62,794 bases of DNA from Candidatus Undinarchaeales archaeon (GTDB lineage Archaea; SpSt-1190; JASMDC01): NCBI GenBank assembly GCA_030753015.1, contig JASMDC010000022.1, forward strand, positions 1-62,794, read 5' to 3'. The first letter of the stretch is position 1; every line of letters starts with the position of its first letter. The notes beneath the pieces are model-generated. The model saw nothing but the letters and a program-made list of their open reading frames with translations, did no database searches and was not told the DNA's origin. The position numbers and the translations under genes were made by a program. Shown one piece after another: positions 10,301-19,724 of the stretch.

Positions 10301-10553
10301 GGGCGATTCCATGTGGCCCCCTCAAGCGCAGTTGGTACTGAAAATCGCCAAGGGATTCGCTGAACGACCTATCCTTGTCCAGAGGTACGATGTGGCATCA
10401 ATCGCTCCCGATGAGGTGCGGCATTTGACCTGCACCCTTGATAACGCCCTCGCGCCCGGTTCCTACGCCGTCGCTGTGTACATCGAGGCACCCGTAGAAG
10501 GGCGGTCGCTGGTGTTATCATCCAAGAGCGTGGTGATGAACATTGAGGAGTAG
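7398..10553 (+). CDS. Large secreted/surface protein with Ig-like beta domains and a Cys-rich linker
   Basis: N-terminal signal peptide, beta-rich segments, a dense Cys cluster (~8790-9150) and a CARDB-like C-terminus. Confidence 0.75.
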   Translation: MSLSSVGRALPLILLVILLTSRAVTAATVSGTTNLLEMRRADVSFTIELEPDEVSSLFSTEEEKLREYVCRSLFNDYALSFCFVSFENEKLYVHVFIDDISHFVVLKDLSPTGEVSFQISYTPLYLELFDNIGISWEENVLVPPAQRFRKSGVSGQRINLNIGVFADIQGISFDPALSAPAATQRSAVGLEFNIDEATEIRPTLCLTYVRRGRSVYFTQVSPGCAPTYVHVGSWPVASDYTIETFAVSVGDTLHVAHKGFIFAVTTPPQQFMSFQTTVSRSSRIVYRGETATARLQSHKLDASCTVKLVDARGDAVFDSAVGCDAEVPVDTTQLDDGAYVFQAEGVSGPERNSLSRVFQVMTSKTRELEGNFTAKRDFMAGETITITLSHLSNAMCYATLLDAVGSVVAAHNEPQQCAGFFLEVPAGARRGEYTLRIRVVQGGRTVATRSQSIIIHDIEPDNRLFGICHNGQFFVGPELAMPCLNEGMRCRPGPDELPSCLCANRRDVFVCKMEALCTENGCQGGRDVGFDLTEGGCSIRAGLVSYACAFDGETCAKRTCSCLDDTSNTLDTCVFGQMCTLNGCKEPTLTAKVEELTPLTVHREDIAAGVTFDLVVKLGYRQVDLSDELTRDLHAQFTVGRERLPRVRPAEYLGSGRWRFRFPVQANPEPGFYRVHIKVFYHEETWSIARTIEVWHPRHAGDLDGRVVAAPTTFEHTDIHFGIRKHILLRLSDRGNLVTSFPSNAFRVYLGGEEMMVNSAEYDDIRGLWDLLVIFRSPHPEEMGPYAALEVNVSHLGQGINLTAPPVELHEVAPTTIDIVSVEPTDYVFQAESVLGFDFTLTLALRGFTNEDFRNLYITITNDYGEGVKTTTIPYDEMNLVNTPQGIQVFVRSVRFCDPVIFLPKLLKVRIGVVGKEFSSAKTHLFVRQNPGGYLFDTCDIARDEGSYGNIIIEERTLDHMRVSVRNTGDSMWPPQAQLVLKIAKGFAERPILVQRYDVASIAPDEVRHLTCTLDNALAPGSYAVAVYIEAPVEGRSLVLSSKSVVMNIEE

Positions 10554-10554
10554 G

Positions 10555-12390
10555 ATGCCCATGATGCGACATCGTGGGACCGGTGCGTTCGTCATGCTGG
10601 CGCTAATGGCGTTCTCCCTCATAGTCGTGGTAGTCATCGCAAGTTCGTACGCACGACAGAGCGCTGATGACCGGCGGCGGTCCGATGTGCGACAGGGGGA
10701 GGAGCAGCGGTTCGTCGCGGTCAAGCTCAACGAAATCGTGACCAACGCCCTGAAAGAGGCAGCGTACGAGGCGACCGAAGAGGTGGCTGCGCACGGTGGA
10801 TACCGTCGGGAACTGGTACCGCCCATATCGTTCGAGCAGATCCCATACTGGTTCCATGGAGGACGTGTGGTCCAGGTCCCCTCGACCGAGCTCATGAGAT
10901 CTATGCTCGAGGACGAGGTCGACAGTCGGCTCCGCGAGCGGCTCGATGAGCTGGAAAAGCGTCCAGAATATGCAACGGTCCACCTCCGTACTAAGGACAT
11001 CAAGGTAAAGATCGAGCTTGGCGACTCATACGTCGGTGCCTCGGCCACGATCGTTCTCACCCATGACGGGACTACTGGGCCTCAGAGACAGACCTATACA
11101 CCGTCGGTGGTGCTCGAACTGCGCCTGAAGTTCCTTCGGGACATCACAGAGCAGGCGATAGGTCTCATGGCACGGAACGAGAGCGTCGAGCGCCATTTCA
11201 TCTACTTCATGCGTCAGGACCCCCGGTTCCCGATACCCGAGGGTCTCCCGGAGATCACCTGTCGGGAGGAGTTCGTGCACAAGCGCAATCTCATCGCCCC
11301 CATGGAGGAGGATCTCAAGCTGGCCATCTCCCAGACCCTCGTCCGTCTCCGTACGAACGAGAGCCTTACCGGACGCGAGGCGGAGGTGTTGTGGCGCATG
11401 TCACCTGTCCGCCCACAGATAGGCCTCACCTTCGTAGACTATTTCGGTAACCGCGACCTCATCCATAAATGGGTCGCTCGGCGTACCTATCCGTGCATCC
11501 GTACTTGGCAGGCGTGGTACAACTTCACCATGCCCACTCTGGTATCGGTGGTCGATCTTCGCAAGACCGCCAAGGTCCTCCTGGGCCAGGAGGTGTCGGC
11601 GGCCGCGGGTCTCACCTTCAACGTTTTGTACCTGGGAGAGGTAAGAGAGAACCAGATCTACCGCTCGACAGCGGCAGATCATACGACAGAATGCCTGGGC
11701 GCCTGCACGATGAAGCTCACGGCCCTGGGCGCAGGCGATGACACCCCCATTATCGACGGTGCGTACATGGACGTATGCGACATGTCCACAATCCATTCGT
11801 TCCCGAGCTCATTCAAAGAGACAGTGGTCGAGAACGTCCCCTGCGGCCAAGTACTGCTCTCGGCCACACCGGCCGACACGGAAACCTATTTCCTATCCAC
11901 CCGTCTCATCGAACTGCGCGAGTACGTGGTCAACAACGTCACTGTGCGCCTCACGGCAGCGGCAAGCCTCACGGGCCAGGTGCTCAAGCGGTCTGCTGTG
12001 ATGTGCAACGCACACTCTGCGACCGGATGCAAGAACATCATCCTTGACCGGGGGAGCACTCGACTATCGTTCGTTAGAGGCTCACCCGAACGGTACATAT
12101 CCCTCCACATGGCATCCCTCGACGAACCGGGTTTGCGCTACACGGCCGTCGTCGACGAGAACGGCGAATACTCTTTCCCCCACATCCGATCTGGATGGTA
12201 CATCCTCGCCGCTGTACCCTCGATGGATGATGTCGGGAACGTCGGGTACCGCGTGGTCCCCTCCACCGAGCGCCTGCTCGTCCGGCCTGGCGAGAACGAA
12301 CATCAGGTCGTGATGAGACCTGTGACACCTGTCGTGAAGGACGGGGCCACAGTGCTCGTGGACAACGTGGAACGCTGCGAACGCTGCTGA
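10555..12390 (+). CDS. Membrane-anchored pilin-like protein with C-terminal carboxypeptidase-regulatory-like beta domains
   Basis: Basic leader (RHRG) followed by a hydrophobic helix; HGGY...IPYW motif; DENGEYSF...GWY beta-sandwich signature. Confidence 0.6.
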   Translation: MPMMRHRGTGAFVMLALMAFSLIVVVVIASSYARQSADDRRRSDVRQGEEQRFVAVKLNEIVTNALKEAAYEATEEVAAHGGYRRELVPPISFEQIPYWFHGGRVVQVPSTELMRSMLEDEVDSRLRERLDELEKRPEYATVHLRTKDIKVKIELGDSYVGASATIVLTHDGTTGPQRQTYTPSVVLELRLKFLRDITEQAIGLMARNESVERHFIYFMRQDPRFPIPEGLPEITCREEFVHKRNLIAPMEEDLKLAISQTLVRLRTNESLTGREAEVLWRMSPVRPQIGLTFVDYFGNRDLIHKWVARRTYPCIRTWQAWYNFTMPTLVSVVDLRKTAKVLLGQEVSAAAGLTFNVLYLGEVRENQIYRSTAADHTTECLGACTMKLTALGAGDDTPIIDGAYMDVCDMSTIHSFPSSFKETVVENVPCGQVLLSATPADTETYFLSTRLIELREYVVNNVTVRLTAAASLTGQVLKRSAVMCNAHSATGCKNIILDRGSTRLSFVRGSPERYISLHMASLDEPGLRYTAVVDENGEYSFPHIRSGWYILAAVPSMDDVGNVGYRVVPSTERLLVRPGENEHQVVMRPVTPVVKDGATVLVDNVERCERC

Positions 12391-12428
12391 CGCCAGCTTT
12401 TTATAGGATGCCGTGTGTAAAAGGAGCA

Positions 12429-13421
12429 ATGAGAAGAGGTAGGACGGTCATTCTCCTGTTATGCGCCCTCATCGCGCTCATAGGACCGGGAGCGGCCGAC
12501 GACTTCAAGTTCAAGACGTACGCCATGGAACTCTACGTGGAGCCCAATGGGAACGTGCACGAGGTCATAACCGCCACAATATGGAACTGGGGTACAGATC
12601 CCATCCACATGGTACCGTTCCCTCTCGGATTCGAGGCTCGCAACTTCGAGGTACGGGACGCGATGCAACCGCTTGATTGGAAGCTCGTGCGCGAAGCAGG
12701 CGTGTGGGTCGCGGCCATCAATCTCACGACGCCCATCGAGCCGACCGAGCGGCGCACTCTGAGCCTTGAGTTCGACATGGAGGCGAACAAGGGTGGGCCG
12801 GTGAAGCGCGTTAACTCCACCTATACATACTCCATGCGCCTCAAGCCCCACCGCCCCATCGAGGACTTCCGTCTCCGTGTGCGATTGCCCCCGGGCTATG
12901 TCCTCCCTGCCTCACTCGACCGGGCCGGTCAGGGGACATCGCTCATGTACCCCGAGGGATCGGTCGAGACCGACGGACGCACGCTCATCATGGCCTGGAC
13001 CCGCCGCAACCTCGACCCGCAGACCACTCTCGAGTTCTCGGTGGCCTTCGAGAAGCCCGTGATCAGGGGTAGCTGCCCGCCCGCGGTCGACACGGGGTAC
13101 ACGATTCAGACCCTGTTGGTCATCTTCATGTTCGGTTTCACCATCGGGTACGTGGTCAAGCGCTTCTTCATGGCCCCGCGCACCGAGACCATGGAAGGCA
13201 ATATCTTCGAACTGTTCCCCTCTCTCAGCGAGGAGGAAGGTGACGTGGTCCGGGCGGTCGCACGAGCAGGCAGTACCATGATGCAGTCCGACCTCACCCG
13301 TGAGCTCGACTACTCGAAATCCAAGATATCCCGCACCATCACCGCCCTCGAATCGAGGAACATCATCCGCAAGGAGCACATCGGTAAGGTGAACCGCATC
13401 ATCCTGAACATGGAAAAGTGA
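12429..13421 (+). CDS. Membrane-tethered winged-helix regulator (extracellular domain, TM, wHTH; COG2512-like)
   Basis: Signal peptide, beta domain, one TM, then LSEEE...QSDL...YSKSKISR...LE...II.K...G..N.I wHTH. Confidence 0.8.
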   Translation: MRRGRTVILLLCALIALIGPGAADDFKFKTYAMELYVEPNGNVHEVITATIWNWGTDPIHMVPFPLGFEARNFEVRDAMQPLDWKLVREAGVWVAAINLTTPIEPTERRTLSLEFDMEANKGGPVKRVNSTYTYSMRLKPHRPIEDFRLRVRLPPGYVLPASLDRAGQGTSLMYPEGSVETDGRTLIMAWTRRNLDPQTTLEFSVAFEKPVIRGSCPPAVDTGYTIQTLLVIFMFGFTIGYVVKRFFMAPRTETMEGNIFELFPSLSEEEGDVVRAVARAGSTMMQSDLTRELDYSKSKISRTITALESRNIIRKEHIGKVNRIILNMEK

Positions 13422-14110
13422 CCTCTATGCGATGCGCTGTTGCCCTCATCCTCATTCTGCTCACGTCCGCGGTCGCCATTGATGTGCTCGAGCTGACCAT
13501 CACCGAGCCACCGCCCGGGTGCCCGATGGACATCGTGGAGGCGGAGGCGACCTTCCGCAACCTCATCGATGACAACGTCATGTTCACCGTGAAGGTCTCG
13601 GGCGATGCTGGTAAGTACGCCACGGACGAGACGTTCCCCATCAACCTGGGGGCGTTCAAGCAGGCCAAGAACGCGGTCTCATTCCGCATTGCCGACGGAA
13701 CCCCGGCTGGCTCATACGAGTTCACGCTCACGGGTTCCATGGGCGTCGAGGGACGGGAGAGCAGTGAGTCGAGCATGCTCACGGTGAAGGACTGCGGCCA
13801 GGGTACGACAGGCCCCACAGGGGACGGTGGCGACGAGGGCGGCTCGAACGCGATGATGGTCGCGGGCGGGCTCGCGGTCCTGTTCGTGCTGGCGGCCGCG
13901 GTCCTCACGCTACGGGCCTCTCGAGCGCATGCGGCCGTAGCTGCCCAGCCGCCCGCATACGCGGCGTATGGCCAGACCCAGGGGATGTACGGCCAAGGAC
14001 AGCAACAGCAGCAGTACCAGACGCAACCGCACTATGGCCCAGAGGCCTCACGCTGCTATTACTACGACCGTGTCAACTTCGGTTCATACAACCAGGCTAT
14101 GAACAGATAG
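13418..14110 (+). CDS. Single-pass membrane protein with Ig-like domain and Gln/Tyr-rich cytoplasmic tail
   Basis: Signal peptide, beta domain, Gly/Thr linker, TM and a low-complexity tail; GTGA overlap with the upstream gene. Confidence 0.7.
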   Translation: MTSMRCAVALILILLTSAVAIDVLELTITEPPPGCPMDIVEAEATFRNLIDDNVMFTVKVSGDAGKYATDETFPINLGAFKQAKNAVSFRIADGTPAGSYEFTLTGSMGVEGRESSESSMLTVKDCGQGTTGPTGDGGDEGGSNAMMVAGGLAVLFVLAAAVLTLRASRAHAAVAAQPPAYAAYGQTQGMYGQGQQQQQYQTQPHYGPEASRCYYYDRVNFGSYNQAMNR

Positions 14111-14114
14111 CTTC

Positions 14115-15590
14115 TCAGGACTGTATCTCGTCCTTCGTGAAGGCGTGGAACACCTCGTCGTACGACTCCAGGGTGTCCTTGACGTCCTCGAGAGTCTTCC
14201 CCTGAAGAGCCAGGGCGTCCTCGTCCACATAGAGGTTCATGATACCTCCCGCAGGCTCATTGAACCGCACGGCGCCGTTGAAGTCGGCGTTAATGCGTTC
14301 CACGAACTGGTCGGGGTGGACGCGTCGGCCGCCGGTGCGCTCCGGGTTCGGTGCAGCACCATGGTCCGCGGTGATGACGAGCATGTAGTCGTCACCGTAG
14401 AGCTCGTCCAGTTTCTCCTTGACACGTCCGATGGAACGGTCCACTGCCAGCAGAGTGAGGAAGAGTTCAGGCCCCTGGCCGTACTCGTGGCCCACGTAGT
14501 CTGGTGACTTGAAGTTCGCGAACAATAGATCGGTGACGTCGGAAGAACCGAGGTCCTCGTTATCGAGCACATTCACAAGGGCGTCCCCCATCATCAGGGG
14601 GAGGGCCGGTGAGGCCATGGCCACTTCGGGATCGTCTACGATATGGCCCTTGAAGGTGGGAGTGGCGTAGTCCATGATGTCCATGCCGAGCAGGTAGTCG
14701 GGCATGGAGTAAAACGCATCGTTGGTCTCGAACCGGCCCGTGTCAGGATCGAACCAGAACACGTCGTCACTGTCCCCACCCGGGGACATGGTGCCGTGAC
14801 CCGCCATACCTATCGCCGTACGGTCAGCACCGCCAACGCTCACGATGCGGGCACGGTTGCCCACGGAGCGGTCGTACACATCCGCAAAGGTCTCGGCCTC
14901 CAGGTACTGAGGGCTCCCACCCTCCATGGCGTATACCATGGCATCGAGGTCGGGATCGTAGATGTTATGACCGACGATGCCGGTGGTCTCCGGGTATGCG
15001 CCCGTTCCCAGAGCGCTGTGGCCAACGGTGGTGACAGTGGGGAGGTGGGGCACGCGCATGTTCGTGTACGATACCCCGTCCCGAGCTATCTTCCGCACGT
15101 TGCGAAGCGCCCACTTGTACTCGTCGAGATAGCGGAACGCCACCTGATCGAGCACCATCATCACGGCCACCTTCGGCCGCTCGCCATCACGGGTCTCGAA
15201 GGCCTCATGCAGCACCCGTCCCTCGGCGGTGACCGGGGCATCCGTCCCGATGCGGTATGCGAGGGTGGGGACGATGTCCTGCTGTACGGCGTCGTCATCG
15301 ATCTCCACGCCCTTCCGCACATCCTTGCCGTACATGATGAGAGGGATATGCCGGTCGTAGTCCCACGGGGAGCCGTGGCTGGTTCCGCGGTCATTCTCGG
15401 TGAAGATGTCGTACTTGTTCAGGACGAGTACTATGTTGCCGTTGCGCACCGGGTCGTACGACTTAGCAAGCGACTCCCGCATACCGTCGACGGTCTCGTA
15501 CTCGTCGCCTGTGTCGAAGGCCTCGACGAAGGCATCGTAGGCTCCTACGACCGGTGATGCAAATGGCTCCTCAGCCTCACTGCACAACAT
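14115..15590 (-). CDS. Alkaline phosphatase superfamily protein (PafA/NPP type), circularly permuted
   Basis: VLDQ, PTVTTVGH (Thr nucleophile), DYVGH, TADHG and GTSHGSPWDYD motifs, with the last motif located N-terminally. Confidence 0.85.
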   Translation of the reverse strand: MLCSEAEEPFASPVVGAYDAFVEAFDTGDEYETVDGMRESLAKSYDPVRNGNIVLVLNKYDIFTENDRGTSHGSPWDYDRHIPLIMYGKDVRKGVEIDDDAVQQDIVPTLAYRIGTDAPVTAEGRVLHEAFETRDGERPKVAVMMVLDQVAFRYLDEYKWALRNVRKIARDGVSYTNMRVPHLPTVTTVGHSALGTGAYPETTGIVGHNIYDPDLDAMVYAMEGGSPQYLEAETFADVYDRSVGNRARIVSVGGADRTAIGMAGHGTMSPGGDSDDVFWFDPDTGRFETNDAFYSMPDYLLGMDIMDYATPTFKGHIVDDPEVAMASPALPLMMGDALVNVLDNEDLGSSDVTDLLFANFKSPDYVGHEYGQGPELFLTLLAVDRSIGRVKEKLDELYGDDYMLVITADHGAAPNPERTGGRRVHPDQFVERINADFNGAVRFNEPAGGIMNLYVDEDALALQGKTLEDVKDTLESYDEVFHAFTKDEIQS

Positions 15591-15660
15591 ATTATACCGT
15601 ACCCAGTTATCTTGGGCGGGTCAGGATGTATAAAAACCTTTTGGGGAGCGGGATCTGACC

Positions 15661-16236
15661 TCATTTCTTCTTCTTGGCCTTCTCCTTCTTCTCTTCCTTT
15701 TCCCCCTCTTCTTCGTCCTCGATGGGAACGGAAGTGGCCAAAGCGGACTCCTCCATCAGACTGAGAAGGTTCCAGACGTACGGGATGATCGATGCAAAGG
15801 CGAAAATGCCCAGATAGAGCACGAATGCGATCTGGAAGTTCGAGACGATGTTCTCCTCAGTGGTCCCCATACCGAGGGTGTTCAGCGTCACCAGACCATA
15901 TCCCATTGCCACCAGGTAGATACCCAGGAGGATCCATAGGTCGGGGGATTCACGGAAGCGCCTCACCTCGCTGGCCACTATGGACCGGGGGGAGAGTCGC
16001 AGGACGATCAGGCTGCTGGCTACGATGATGGAGATCATGGCCGCCTCGCTCTGAATGAGCGAGCTGATCATGTAGCGAGCATTATTGACGTTGTAGTTCT
16101 CGAAGAACCCGTTGTATCGTAGTATCGACAGGTACGGGACCACAAGGATCAGGAATATGAGCGTGTACCGGCCCAATCGATAAAGCCAAGCGTTGATAAG
16201 CTCATTGTAATCGTCAGTCGCATCAGATGTTGCCAT
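15661..16236 (-). CDS. Four-TM membrane protein (DUF2254-like)
   Basis: Hydrophobic helices, MISSLIQSEAA motif, charged tail; TTTAAAA box ~25-30 nt upstream. Confidence 0.6.
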   Translation of the reverse strand: MATSDATDDYNELINAWLYRLGRYTLIFLILVVPYLSILRYNGFFENYNVNNARYMISSLIQSEAAMISIIVASSLIVLRLSPRSIVASEVRRFRESPDLWILLGIYLVAMGYGLVTLNTLGMGTTEENIVSNFQIAFVLYLGIFAFASIIPYVWNLLSLMEESALATSVPIEDEEEGEKEEKKEKAKKKK

Positions 16237-16292
16237 TGGCGCTGAGAACGTGCTGTTGTTTTTAAAAGGTATTCCCTGCGGACCGAGCGCAT

Positions 16293-16568
16293 TCAATGAT
16301 AGCGAACGGGGTAATGCGAGGGTATCTGTCGGACGCCGAACAGCAGGTGCTCCACAGGCTCAAGGTCCTGCGTGAATGCGATCACGATACAGGATAAAGT
16401 AACAGCGTAGGAGATGAGCGATACGTGCACGATCCCACACGTGACGACGAAGAGCGCGGCCAGGAGAACGGAGCGCCGGAGGGAATTGTCGACCGGGCGC
16501 CGATAGGGGTGGTAGTTGTAGGAAGGCGCATACGAGGCATACCTGTAGTACGGTTGCATCGCTCTCAT
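16293..16568 (-). CDS. Small membrane protein with Tyr-rich N-terminus
   Basis: AGGAGG RBS and two hydrophobic helices. Confidence 0.5.
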   Translation of the reverse strand: MRAMQPYYRYASYAPSYNYHPYRRPVDNSLRRSVLLAALFVVTCGIVHVSLISYAVTLSCIVIAFTQDLEPVEHLLFGVRQIPSHYPVRYH

Positions 16569-16679
16569 CCTCCTGATCGTTCCGACGATTATCCTATAGA
16601 TAATTAGACGCTTTTTCTATATAAAACTTGTCATTGTGACATAGTGACACGCATTACTACGGGTGAGAGTTACAGGGCG

Positions 16680-17324
16680 TCACTTGAGGTCCATTTCATT
16701 GGCGAACTTGTCCGTGAACGCAAAGATCCCCAGGTCCGAGACCTCACGTACGAGCTCGCGCTCCACCAGATGACGGATGAGGAGCTGGGAGTCCATCTCG
16801 TCGATCGAGCATGCCTCTGCGATGTCCTCGGCTGTGAACCGGGATGGGTACACTGCTGCAAGCTTTGATTTGATCTCCTTGGTGACGGCAAGGCCATGCG
16901 GAGTGATCTCATCGATGCGATAGTTGTCCTCCAGTTCCGTGAGGGCTGCTTTTCCTGCATCTGTGATGTTTAGCGCGCTGTTCTTGCCCTCGACGATAAG
17001 CTCGAATCCCACGAGCTTCGTGAGGTTCTCACGTGCGTCATCGAGGTGACGGTTAGCGAGGCTAAGGCCATCAAGCACCTTCCCCCGTGTAGCCGGACCG
17101 TTTGCCACCTGCTGGAGGAGCATCACATCGATAAGCGTGAAGTCGTAGTCCTCGGTGGCGAACACGGGATCCTTGAGGAACGTGTCAGCATCCGTAGGTT
17201 CCACAGTGATGACCACGGGCCCTATGTAGTCACAGTTCTCGCACTTGTAAAGGAATCCACATTCAAAGGCGACGTAGGGTTTCACGTCCGCAACGCCGCA
17301 TGTGGGACACAGCATCGCCCGCAT
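16680..17324 (-). CDS. Zinc-ribbon plus tandem winged-helix protein
   Basis: CPTC/CENC pair, LNITDAGK wing and a second HTH (FTAEDIAEAC...LVERELV). Confidence 0.7.
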   Translation of the reverse strand: MRAMLCPTCGVADVKPYVAFECGFLYKCENCDYIGPVVITVEPTDADTFLKDPVFATEDYDFTLIDVMLLQQVANGPATRGKVLDGLSLANRHLDDARENLTKLVGFELIVEGKNSALNITDAGKAALTELEDNYRIDEITPHGLAVTKEIKSKLAAVYPSRFTAEDIAEACSIDEMDSQLLIRHLVERELVREVSDLGIFAFTDKFANEMDLK

Positions 17325-17387
17325 AGGCCCTCCCTCGTGCGGTTGTCTTTTTAATGTTTTCCACCCAAGTGGGAGCCGGGTGCTTAC

Positions 17388-18050
17388 GTGCCGGACACTG
17401 CTATCGAGAACAAGGTCAAGGAACTGGACAGGAAGTGCACGGAGTTCGCTCGACTCTTCCGGGCCTTGGGCAAGTTCAGCGAAAAGGAGCGCGACATCCT
17501 TCTAAAGGCCATCGCCGAGGAGGAACGGCTCCGTGACTCAGTGGAGTCACTCAAGGTGCTAGAGGTACGCGTGGCGAAGCTGGAGAAGATCATCAACCGG
17601 CTCCCGACACCCAAGGTGAACCGCGACATTCTCGACAAGATGGACTCCCTGCACAAGCGCCTGCGCTCGTTCGAGACAGAGTTGTCGGCCCTGGCTGGGG
17701 CCAGCGATGTGAAGGGGGCGACCGCTGTGAACCTCGACGAGCTCGACGCTTCACTGGAGAAGAAGATGGATACACGGGTCATGGACATCGCTGGTCGGAT
17801 CAGCGCCCTTGAGAACGCCGTCGTCGAGAAGGGTAGCCCTCTCGAAGCGCGGATGGGCAAGCTCGAGACCCTCGTGGACACGCTCGTCGACATCGTCCAG
17901 GCCAAGGGGCCTGTAACGATGGAAGGGATCCCTGAGGTCGAGTCGCCTCGGAAAGAGGCGCCTATTGGAGAGCCCGCTGATTGGAAGGACACGCTCCTCT
18001 CAGCGCATAACCAGCTCGCGCTTGCCCTGAAGACCATTAAGAACGAGTGA
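17388..18050 (+). CDS. Coiled-coil hypothetical protein
   Basis: Heptad L/E/K-rich sequence with typical codon usage; divergent from the 17324 gene. Confidence 0.7.
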   Translation: MPDTAIENKVKELDRKCTEFARLFRALGKFSEKERDILLKAIAEEERLRDSVESLKVLEVRVAKLEKIINRLPTPKVNRDILDKMDSLHKRLRSFETELSALAGASDVKGATAVNLDELDASLEKKMDTRVMDIAGRISALENAVVEKGSPLEARMGKLETLVDTLVDIVQAKGPVTMEGIPEVESPRKEAPIGEPADWKDTLLSAHNQLALALKTIKNE

Positions 18051-18057
18051 GCACAGC

Positions 18058-18915
18058 TCACTCCTGCAGTGCCTGCGCTATCAGTGACGCTACTGACACT
18101 GTCGCATAGGGGCCAGGGATCGTGTCGCTGCATACAAGTTCGTCGGCACCTGCAGCAAGGATGCGGGCATCGGCACCCTCCACGAATACACCATGCGTGC
18201 ATGCAGCCACGATACGCTGTGCCCCCTGCTCGCGCATGATCCGGACTGCTTCTATCATCGTACCGCCCGTGCTCACCATGTCGTCGAACACGATTACGTC
18301 CCGCCCCTCGACCGCGAGCTTCTCATCATCGATGGAAATATCCCGGTCCCCTGTACGCGTCTTTGACAGGGCTATCGCGTCTCCGGAGGCTTTCCGGACA
18401 AGATTGGCCGACCCCTGGTCCGGGCAGATGATAAGTGGTTTCTTGAGCGTGGACGAGATCCGCTCCACCATGAGCGGTGCAGCGCATAATGACGTACAGG
18501 ACAGTCCTTGGGAGGAGAAGTCCCCGGGAGTGCGGTGGAAATGCGGGTCCACGAGCACGAGACGGTCGATGGGATAGGTGGCGAGGATGCGGAGCACGGC
18601 CAGGGCGCTGGCCGCCTCACCGGTCTTGAACGCCTTGTCCTGCCGGCCGTACCCGAAGTACGGGATGACGAGGGTCGCGGACCGTCCCTGCTCACGGAGC
18701 ACGTCCAAAGTGAAGAAGAGCTCCATGAGCCTTACTTCCTGGGGCGCCGCGGTTGACTGGACCAGTGCCAAGGATCCCTCAGGTACGCGGGGTACCCAGA
18801 GCAGGCGCTCGCCGTCCGGGAACGTGCGTGCCATGACCTCCTGGACAGGTACTCCAAGCCCCAGCCCGACCTTTCTAGCGACCTCGATACCGCTGGGACC
18901 GGCTAGGATGTGCAT
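18058..18915 (-). CDS. prs: Ribose-phosphate pyrophosphokinase
   Basis: FPDGE, PYFGYGRQD, DPH, PDQG and DDMVSTGGT motifs. Confidence 0.95.
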   Translation of the reverse strand: MHILAGPSGIEVARKVGLGLGVPVQEVMARTFPDGERLLWVPRVPEGSLALVQSTAAPQEVRLMELFFTLDVLREQGRSATLVIPYFGYGRQDKAFKTGEAASALAVLRILATYPIDRLVLVDPHFHRTPGDFSSQGLSCTSLCAAPLMVERISSTLKKPLIICPDQGSANLVRKASGDAIALSKTRTGDRDISIDDEKLAVEGRDVIVFDDMVSTGGTMIEAVRIMREQGAQRIVAACTHGVFVEGADARILAAGADELVCSDTIPGPYATVSVASLIAQALQE

Positions 18916-19171
18916 GCTATCCGGAAGGAAGGCCACGTTTTTAAACCATGCGAAGGTTGATTGATGGATCAGGTATCGTGTCACTACTAAACACGGATGA
19001 GGGCCGCGGCACGGCTTTTTTACTATTCTTTCAATATTATTTTTTTAAGTCTAAAATAACTTGATTAGGTATTCATAAAAGTGCCGTCGTCTACCGGAAT
19101 AATGCTTATTAAAAGGGAGCGCCGCGTTGACGAAAAGTATAAATAATCTTTTGCCCACTGTACGCGACTGG

Positions 19172-19645
19172 ATGATTGACGCATCCATGGAACCCGAAGG
19201 GGACAGGGAACGGAACGAGTTGTTCGACCCTCCCGAGGAGCACTTCTTCTCCGCGAGGTATGATAATCTCCCGTTGGACGACGTGCACGACACCCGGGAA
19301 TCGAAGTACGCCAAGGGCGCCGGTAATTCCGGGCAGTCCTACCGCCCGGGAGGATCTGGTCTCCCCGGGGAGGACATCTCCATTCTATTCAGTGCTTACA
19401 ACGGCTCAAGGAACGTGGAGAGTCGGGGCCGTATGTTCAGGGTGGATGATGGCCAGGGCGGCAAGTACCACTCCATGCAGGTCGTGTGTGCTTTCCTCCG
19501 GTACAAGCTCGATCCCGAGATGCAGCGGAAGATGCCCGGGCTCGACATCCACTTCAGGCCGGACGGAGGGGGCACAGCTTACGACATCAAGTCCCAGTAC
19601 CACCGGAAGAACGAAGAAGAAGAGGACTTCGGCTACGCGTGGTAG
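19172..19645 (+). CDS. Hypothetical protein
   Basis: TATAAATA box upstream and normal codon usage; no family recognised. Confidence 0.55.
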   Translation: MIDASMEPEGDRERNELFDPPEEHFFSARYDNLPLDDVHDTRESKYAKGAGNSGQSYRPGGSGLPGEDISILFSAYNGSRNVESRGRMFRVDDGQGGKYHSMQVVCAFLRYKLDPEMQRKMPGLDIHFRPDGGGTAYDIKSQYHRKNEEEEDFGYAW

Positions 19646-19724
19646 TCCTGGCCGCGACGCGGCCGACCGTTCAAGATTTAAAGGCTAGTCCCCTGACCGT
19701 TTCAACGGACGGGAGGTCCATACA

